In this document: positions 55,601-64,000 of the stretch, in pieces
Layout of the letters: each line of letters begins with the position of its first letter
Numbering within the stretch: the stretch's first letter is position 1
NCBI GenBank assembly: GCA_002633005.1
Contig: NMRA01000475.1
Location: 124,001-188,000, forward strand
DNA: 64,000 bases
Origin: Phoronis australis
Taxonomy: Eukaryota; Animalia; Phoronida
Direction of reading: 5' to 3'
The notes under the pieces: model-generated
The model's input: the letters and a program-made list of their open reading frames with translations, nothing else
Told to the model about the DNA's origin: nothing
The model's database searches: none
Program-made: the position numbers and the translations under genes

Positions 55601-58600
55601 CATAGAGTGATCCTAGAGATGGAAATTTGTGAATAATCATAATACACACAATCTGTTACTAATTAAATCTGTCCGTTTCCTTTAATTGTTCTTATTTATC
55701 CAGGCATTAAGTAAAAGCACCAATTCAAGGTCACTGTGAAGAGAGTCTGACTAAGCCTGAGGAGAGACATGGGAAGCATTTTATAAGCATCACTGGCAAC
55801 AACCCTTAGACACAGTTAAGTGGACGGATCACTCATGCAATACACGTTAAGTACCTTGACAGTAGATACATTTCATTCACCACTAACCACACTAACCACC
55901 GAATGATAGACGATACTCAGGAAACTTAAGGGTAATATAATCGCTTTGAAGTTGTTTTTAGTCAATTTAGCACAATTTACTTGCTGTGAAAGGTAATTTG
56001 AAATCATGGCTGGTACGTTAGTCGGATGTAACGTGCCCATATTTTTAGAACCAGTTTGATGCCCTTTATTCAGTGGAGAAAACTGGTTCTCAAAATGCGG
56101 GCATGTTACAACTGGCCATCACTGTAGTTACTTCCCAGCCACGACAGATATTCACTAACAGCAAAGTTCACTGGAAAATGCACATTAAATGCTTTGCTCA
56201 AAGACACAGTTACACGGCAACAACAGCCATGGGTTGAACCCATAACCCAGGACTTTTCAGTAGTATGCCTACCACAGTAACCACTGAGCTAAATAAGCAC
56301 CGCTGTGCATTTGTTAAAACAATTGGACTAAAGAACCAAGAAATTTTTAAGGTTAGAAACTGACTGAGACCTAATCCATTAGATTTTTGTTAAGTTCTCG
56401 AGCATTTCTGCCATCAATATTCAGGATGGTAAGGTGCAATTTATGTCAAAGAAATGCAATTGCGAAATGAGTATACACTGGAGAATGTTACATGCGCCAA
56501 TTTATGTCAAAGCAATGCAATTGTGAAATGAGTATACACTGGTGAATATTACATGTGCCAATGTATGTCAAAGCAATGCAATTGTGAAATGAGTATACAC
56601 TGGTGAATATTACATGCACCAATTTTTTTTGCGTAATTGACACACACTTAAAATGCTTCAAAGATGGTGAATTGAGATACATATGCCAGGAAAACAGCAA
56701 AATTTTGGCAGAGGTCTGCACTCAGTAAATTCTTTCTACTCAACTAGGTAACAGTTTACTGTAACCCTTTGGAAAAAAGCAACACATACCAGTGACATCA
56801 TGTCTTTAGTCATTGTTTCCACAACAAGAGGTTCAAAGAATGAATGTACTGTAAGCACTTCATCTGTGACACTCAGCACATACTCCGATTTATCAATAAC
56901 CTGTGAAATATACAGAGAAGGTTGAACCAGTCATTTTCCCTGAAGGACGAACAAAAATATGACTTGAAGTTAGCAGCATTCTTTCTCTTTTATTACTAGT
57001 GGCAGATTTAAGACACAAACAGCGTTGCTTGTTAACATCCAATTGTGTCTTCTTCCCAATTTACAGCAAGTATTGTCAATAATTTAGTAATTCACTTGAA
57101 CTGGTCTGTACAGTACTCTCCATAATTACCAAAAAACTTGTTGACTTCGCATGACATGTAATAGAACTGAGCACAGCTTCATTCCAAAAACAAAGTTTTA
57201 TGTCATCTTTTGAATTTATCTATTGAAATAAATAAACTCAAGTCTTCTCTCAAAAACAAAATAATGTTGAATAAAATCAGCCTCATCTTGACCCTTATTA
57301 AGTAAGATTTAGAAATTATTTCTAAACACTGAGAGGTAATTTAGTGTCTTCACACCAGGCCCATTCAGTTACTTGTGACATAGGCTTAATTTCTGTCGCC
57401 AAAGCGGTTTGATAGTGCATACCAGACTATTTTGTATTCAATATCATTTCAAACAAAAATAGATAATAGATAAGAATACAATATCATTTGGGCAATTACA
57501 ACAGTGAAAAAAGTAAATGTTTTTGAACAAGAACACTGTTTATAGCACAAATCTATCTTAATATGTTCTTTCATTATTTTGTATTTAAACTCATATCAAC
57601 ACAAGATCGAGAAAACGGATTTTATCAAATTGTCGGATAGCAACATTGGACCATTCAGAATGCTTTTGTCTACCAGCTTAAAAGAAAAGAGCAAGCCCAG
57701 GTTTGGAAATTTACAAAATTTCCATGGTGTATGATGAGGTGCACTTTACGTTTCTGACAAATTGCTGGTCTCAAATATTGACACTACCTCAAGTCAAATT
57801 ACACACCCGAGACAATACTTGAGAAGGCCAAAATACTGCATCCCTACACATATATAGGGAGAAGATGACCTCTCTGAGAGTTGCACTATGGGCAAGTCTA
57901 AAGACAGTTTCTAAGCTTGATAACAGGGCTGAATTTTGAGTTGTTTGGGACTTTAATGAATAGAAAACGCAGTTCTGTGAAAGTTCAATACTAGAATTTT
58001 TAAATAGTACAATTATTTTCCTGGAATGTCAATGTCAACTTCACAAAAATATTTTTCAGCTAAAATACCCCAAGTGTATCACTCAGCGTATTGCATATGG
58101 CCCTAATCGCGCACGCATCAACGATTAAGAGTGCCAGTGGTACACTGCTCAGGCTCAGCTAGTAATTCAAATTAGCCATTGTCTGTGCCATGCCCATGTG
58201 CTATGTCCATAGTCAGTACATGTGTGAAAGTCTTTAGATAGATCATTTGAGCCCAACTTAAGCTCATGCAAAGAGTAGACAGTGCCACTGTCTCTACTTA
58301 GCAGCATAGACTGTGATGGCAGGGGATATGACGTCATGATTACAAGAGTAAATACTGAGTTGGAACGAATTAAAAAAGTAGACAGCCTCCTGAGGTGTAC
58401 CTCTATGCTTAAAAGGTACTTAAGTACTTATAGCAACATGATTTTGATGGCTTACTCCATGTGAAGCATAATTTGCCGAAAAGCTTTCGGCGTATGAAGG
58501 TCCTATGGGGGAGCATTAATAAGGCAGTGAGTACACAAAGAGATCTATAGTGGCACGGCATGACTGACTTACAATCTTTGTTTCATTGGTTGTGTGTTGG

Positions 58601-59013
58601 TACTGTTGAGCCAGAGGTTCAAATTCTATCATGGTGAGAGCCCCATCTTCGTCGCTGTCGTACTGCGAGAACAGTTCAATAGTTTCGATGGTTACATTGT
58701 CGAAGACGTCGCCTTCAGGAAGGTCCCCTTCATACAACCTTTGGTAATATTGATGCAAATATACTGCGTAACAACCAAGTAAGACAGCAATCACACAGAC
58801 AAGTGCCGAAAGATATACAACAACGCGTTTGGAGATTGAAAGGTTTAGCGTAATATAATCTGTCGACCTGTTCCCGTTTTCTTGCACCCTGCCTCCGGCT
58901 CCGGTAACATCGCTTGAGCTCTGTGTTGAACGAGTCGCAGTGTCTAAAGATTTCGCGCTTGAATTTAGGCCTATATCCTCCGCGGAAGGAGGATTCGTCT
59001 TCTTCTTCGGCAT
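49644..59013 (-). CDS. SELENON: Selenoprotein N (TM segment, EF-hand, SCUG motif with Sec encoded by TGA at 52661-52663)
   Basis: Exons 58573-59013 (TM VVVYLSALVCVIAVLLGCYAVYL; EF-hand DSDEDGALTMIEF), 56790-56900, 55257-55612 (RFAPQGAAAC), 54450-54601 (IHSEFQLNEPP..PFWFTPAQF), 53794-54044 (EVDIGFMPQMEL), 52556-52765 (LWGALDDQSC-U-GSARTLRE), 51002-51162 (LPNGTV..MNAN) and 49644-49731 (YMYFLKDGL). Confidence 0.95.
50438..50564. repeat. 45-bp tandem repeat, ~3 copies
   Basis: gggagtgaaataaatggtatgaactgcaatc(g/a)gacaatcaaacat is repeated. Confidence 0.85.
52616..52654 (-). promoter_or_regulatory. Selenocysteine redefinition element (SRE)-like stem-loop
   Basis: Starting 6 nt after the Sec UGA, GCCCGAACUCU pairs perfectly with AGAGUUCGGGC (11 bp). 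A G bulge follows, then CGAGAG/UUCUCG closing a UCGA loop. The position matches the SRE known from vertebrate SELENON. Confidence 0.8.
56165..56295 (-). mobile_element. tRNA-derived SINE fragment
   Basis: The minus strand has an A box (TAGCTCAGTGG) and a B box (GGTTCAACCC), followed by tgtgtctttgagcaaagcatttaa, which resembles the conserved central domain of CORE-type SINEs. It does not form a full cloverleaf. Confidence 0.65.
56440..56622. repeat. ~62-63 bp tandem repeat, ~3 copies
   Basis: atgtcaaagcaatgcaattgtgaaatgagtatacactggtgaatattacatg is repeated. Confidence 0.85.
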
Positions 59014-61332
59014 ACCGAAACGATTACGCAACAGAAAAGAAGTAACACTCCATGCGGACTTGATCTTCGCCCCACACTACCTGCAAAAAACTTTCTCTCG
59101 GTCGTTCTCACGTCCACCTCGGCAGAGCCCGTAACTTCTTTGACCTCAACCTGTTAACTTCCGCGCCCTCTTTTGTAAACGTTTTAAAACAGGTTAGAGC
59201 TCAAGAGAATAGTATCGTACATAGCTCTTCAATATTTACTATTTAGCTCTATTTATATGTCAGTCATAACTAACATTAATATCAACTGACAAATCGTATT
59301 AATATCTGATATAAGTCATTCAATGAGAATCGTCGATACATTCATTGACGCGCCATGTTACTTCACCGTAGCCATAAACGTGCAGAACTTCAGTTATGTC
59401 ACTCGTCGACGATCTCATTGGCTAGTGACTTATATCAGACATAAATACGATATTACTCCCAGCTGATACGAAACCAAAAGGCATTGTCAAATGTTAATTG
59501 AGGCGAGACAGCGTTATCAGTGCAGCTCAAGCTTTCTTGTCCAAGCAAGCGAGTATCCGAAATCATACCGCCTTCGCTTTATGACTGACCATAGACTATA
59601 CGTACACGGGACTGACAGTGCTATTCAGCTCCTCAGTGCATGTTGCTGAGATATCAGGAGAAATTCTAAGCTATCATAAACGCGTTTTGTACGTCATATT
59701 CTGTTTATTTTGAAAAATAAATATTAGGCCTAGTACGTCGTGTAACCGTTGAAAGAGTAACTCTGCCATCGATTTGAAGTAAGTTTCGACTTATTACGGC
59801 GCGCGTTTACCCGTTGCTCCCAACTTGTTCGATTATATAGCCCAACAACAAGTCGGGAAGTTTACCCCTGTAGTCAATATCTTACACGACTGATTACGTA
59901 ACTCCATTCTGGCATTCATGGTTGGAGGGCCAGAGGCTTTTGTTCTATAATTGTCGCCTAATCTTCAAAAGATCGTGTCTATAGCCTGACGGGGCTGTGT
60001 TGTTAAAAATAAAAGTTAATTTATAACATATTTGAACATGAACCAATAGCATTTCTGAAATCCTCGTCTAATGGTGATCATGTTTAGTTTTTGAATCGCC
60101 AAAATCACCCAACTGCTACCGAAGTTACTATAATTTATATTCTTTCTGCCGGAAGTGCCAATTCGCTCTGGGTTTGACGGTGTTCACACGTGGTCTGTAA
60201 CAAGCCTAGTTGATAAAAACACTTTGCTTCATGGCAGTGAACAAAGAAGCTAGATGTTATCACACTTTCAGAACCCCCTTCGTCTGGTAAAGTCACTGAA
60301 CGGGAAAACGCTGTCATGGTGTTTCGCTTTCTCGCTGTTATCATGTGCACATGGTATAGGGGGACCTGGTAACTGGCCTCGTTGTTGGGCTCGACGCGTA
60401 GGTCATACAATGGCCAACAGGCCTTGAGGTCCCTCGACTAGACGCTGCGGTGCAGCTTGCCAGTGAGGTGCCGTCTTTATGCACCACTATAACATAGGTC
60501 ATGCGCAAATGTACGTTATGGTGTAAATTTGCATTCAGTTGCATTCGTGTAGAACTCCTTAAATTTCTGAGCAAAGAAAGAAGCCAACAAAAGCTATCCA
60601 GTGAAGAGAAGCATATTCTACATCAATTGCCTTTAAATTCGGGGCTGCTGTAGAAGAAAATGCAAACACAAAGAATATGCAAACCACATATTTGACGATG
60701 GAAATGTATTGCGGCCGATTAGAGGTCTTGCTAACCGTGATATAGTTAGCCCTAACCCTTCCGGAGTCGCGAAAGCATCAGTTCTACTCACAAGCTGCTT
60801 ACGTGAAGTAAGCACAGTCACGGGCGATTATTGATACCACTGATGGCGCGTTAGAATTCCACAAAGGCAATCATTTAAATAATACACTTAGGATTTCCCG
60901 TCTGCGGTCGGTAAGTGGCATATCAATTATCTTGCCCGAAATATGGTATCCGTTCATTGTTTCCGACTATTCCCTGGTGAGGGAGTAGTGATATTGATGA
61001 ACGCTAACGCAAGATGGCTTTATCACATTAATGACGCACTGGCTTTTGGAAATCAGCGTTCACTAAGAACGGCGAAAGATATTTGAGCCGTAAAGTAGAT
61101 TTGTCCTCTTTGGGATGGTGCATATTCAGCGATGTCTTTACAACAAAATTAAAAAGAGATCGCTTTGTTCCCCAGCTCCGTCAAATGTGTTTTTCTCTTG
61201 ACATGATTTATTAACTTGAGTCCATGCTTCGTCCTTGCCATGTATAATGCCTCGTTTTTATTTTTCACTTATCAGTTCTAATTTGACCAAAAACTTACAT
61301 TAGTCGCTAATGATACACCTGACTGCATATTA

Positions 61333-61632
61333 TTTTAGTCCGAGGATGGTCTCATGCCCATGTATTCCATTTTAGTCTGAGGATGGTCTCATGCCCATGT
61401 ATTCCATTTTAGTCTGAGGATGGTCTCATGCCAATGTATTCCATTTTAGTCTGAGGATGGTCTCATGCCCATGTATTCCATTTTAGTCTGAGGATGGTCT
61501 CATGCCCATGTATTCCATTTTAGTCTGAGGATGGTCTCATGCCCATGTCTCCCATTTTAGTCTGAGGATGGTCTCATGCCAATGTATTCCATTTTAGTCT
61601 GAGGATGGTCTCATGCCAATGTATTCCATTTT
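61333..61632. repeat. 37-bp minisatellite, 8 copies
   Basis: attttagtctgaggatggtctcatgcccatgtattcc is tandemly repeated with no spacers. Confidence 0.92.
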
Positions 61633-62419
61633 CCGTTATCAACACTGAGGACATCACGTATCGATCAGAATCTCAAGAGAAGATCGATTGTCAGATTTTT
61701 AGTCTGAGCGAAGGTGAAGGAGTTTCACATTCTTTTCATATTTCCAGTACTTGGTGATCTGAGGTGAAGTTTTCTGTCGGCAGATTGTGAAGATCCTCCG
61801 GCCAAGCATTATTCACGAACCAGTCGAACAAATTTTCTTAGTTTTTACAACGTAAAAAGGTAATGTTTTGTTGCATGGCTAATTTTTAGCATTGTAGCCT
61901 ACTGTATGCACCTTGTATAAGTATTTTGCAGCCCACCTATTATAAATATTAGTGTGTAAATCAGAACTTAGGTCAGTGACTTTGTGTTAAAAAATGTGGA
62001 TGTTGACTTGAAAAGAACATGGAATCCATCGCCGACTGACTCTGCTTCGGAGTATATTGTTGTTGAACAAATGTAAAATTACCGATTCCAACGCATTCAT
62101 ATGCTAGACACTTCCCGATACATTTAGCCTCAAATTCAAGGACCTTTAACTGGAGGCCAACTCAAACTACAACATATCTCCGGTCATGTTTCCTCTACAC
62201 GTCCCACATCTAACAAGGTCTTTCAATTGAAATAACAGAATTTTGTTAAAAAGTTCCACATGCAATGCAAATTAGAACTCATTTTAAGTACACAAAAATT
62301 TATTTTTAGCAAATCCAAGTCCAAGCTAACAGAAAATAGCTAATCAACTTTGGTATCACAGGAAGAACAGATCTGACAAGTTGTATAGTACACATCTAAC
62401 AGATCTGACAAGTTGTATA

Positions 62420-62654
62420 CAGTGGCAGATCTACGATTTCAGTAAGGGGGGATTTAGGATTCGAGAGAATCCGAGGCGCGTAGCGCCGAGGGGAAGGAAG
62501 GTCGCGAGAGGGTTTCTCTCCTCCCGTGTAAGATTTTTTGGGATTTTTAGTAGCTAATTTCGTTTTTCTGGCGATTTTTTTTCCAGTTTTTACTTTTGAT
62601 CCTGTCCCGAGGGGGGGTTTAAACCCCCTGAACCCCCCTGTAGATCCGCCTCTG
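62420..62654. mobile_element. 235-bp MITE with 15-bp TIRs and a 5-bp TSD, inserted in a ~33-bp tandem repeat
   Basis: TIRs CAGTGGCAGATCTAC / GTAGATCCGCCTCTG (13/15). GTATA is duplicated at 62415-62419 and 62655-62659. The host repeat aacagatctgacaagttgtatagtacac resumes after the insertion. Confidence 0.85.
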
Positions 62655-64000
62655 GTATAGTACACAGTCTAACAGATGTGACAAGTTGTATAGTACACAG
62701 TCTAACAAACGTGTAAACAATGAGGAATCACACATCTCAAATATTTGATACTCAACAGAACAAAATCACCATTAGTAAAAAATAAAAACATTCAATGTCA
62801 GGAGCCTGTTTCACTAAAATGCAACACCTGTACAACATTTTTTAAAGCAAATCTAAAAGAATAGGTTTGACCAGCCGTAAGTTTTGGCAAAACTCTCCAT
62901 TTAGACTCTGCACAAAACATGGTTAAGTTAGGACATTTTAATGAAATAGGCCACAAACGTTTAATTCACACAATCAATTTTAAGTACATGTCACTATTTT
63001 GAACGGAGAATGTTACTACCCGTCTCCAATTAGCATGATTGAGTTTAATTCTTAAAGTAAATTCTGTTATTCACTGCTAAAGCCACAAGTACATGACAAT
63101 TTTAACGATCTCAAATCATCAAGTTCAACCTGGAATAAAATGAGTACGCTATGAAGTAACTTAAGCAAAAATAACAGTGCACAAGTGAAGTTCCCAACAT
63201 AGCTTTAAGAATGGGACAAAACCGACATCTTGCTGCATAACCTAGGGTGGGGCTCTGGAGGCTTGTGCTACACATGGAGCAAAAACCCTCTCTTACAGAA
63301 CAAAAACAATGCATTGTATACCAAAGTTCAATATCTCAATCTCACTGACCAATCAGTTGCTAGGCAACTCTAGCAAGCTCCAGAGCATACTTTCCAAACA
63401 ATTTCCCTAAATTGACTGCATGGTCTTGGTTTTTTGTTGTCTCTTGAGTCTATATGAAGCACCCCTACACATGGCTAAGCAGCATGAGGTCTTACGAACC
63501 ACAGGGATATTACCACTGTGAAGTAACAGGCTAGTGCTGAAATGTTAAGAAAAGTGGGACAAAAATCCCCCAGTTCCACAGAAATGGTCACAAGTCTTGT
63601 AATCTAACTTTAAGTCATAATGTTTGCTTTTGGTTATTTGACCTCATTGCTGTGCATTTGACTTTAAATATTATTCTCCTCATGGATCACAAAACTCAAT
63701 GTCCTGACATCACGGTTTACCCTTATTTCTTCCTACACATAGGTACACAAAACAGATCTTCATCAAACTTGAAAACATGAACCACCAAATCTGTAATGTA
63801 AAGCCTCTCGAGTTAGCCTGCTTACCTCTGGTATGTTTGTCTGTTGATTATGACAATAAAAATGCATTTACCGAGCTATAGCCAAAATTACTTACACCAC
63901 AAAGAATGCTACTAAAGGAAGACTGTTGAATGGCCTTTTAATGCCGAAATGTTTTCATTCGTATTGCAAGGCAGTGAAACAGATACCAGAATAACCCATC

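Noticed and set aside
56165-56295. tRNA gene
   Set aside because: A and B boxes are present but there is no intact cloverleaf, and the sequence runs into a SINE-like body.
60135-60821. Short minus-strand ORFs upstream of SELENON
   Set aside because: No recognisable homology or splice chain. I cannot support a gene call here without a database search.
61333-61632. 37-bp repeats as a CRISPR array
   Set aside because: The repeats are contiguous with no unique spacers, the context is eukaryotic, and there are no cas genes.

Overview
Intron-rich, AT-rich animal genomic DNA, probably from a marine invertebrate (taxon is inferred, not established). It holds five spliced genes that I reconstructed exon by exon from splice sites and recognisable protein motifs: WDPCP/fritz (-, runs off the left edge), cytosolic malate dehydrogenase MDH1 (+), ALKBH6 (-), Dicer-1 (+) and selenoprotein N SELENON (-). 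The most interesting signals are two translational recoding events. (1) The MDH1 stop is followed in frame by CAG-TCA-AAA-CTG-TGA. This is a CARYYA-type readthrough context that would add (X)-Q-S-K-L, a canonical peroxisomal PTS1, using a different signal from the vertebrate UGA-CUAG MDH1x. (2) SELENON has an in-frame Sec UGA in the SCUG motif, a long SRE-like stem 6 nt downstream, and a SECIS in the 3'UTR that lies distal to a candidate proximal poly(A) signal. Other observations: a Dicer helicase with degenerate ATPase motifs, a GC-AG intron, a HINE/pearl-like repeat with about ten co-oriented CTCF-like motifs, several MITEs, a tRNA-derived SINE and short tandem arrays. Three near-identical duplications bounded by N's are most likely uncollapsed haplotypes. 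No databases or folding programs were run.
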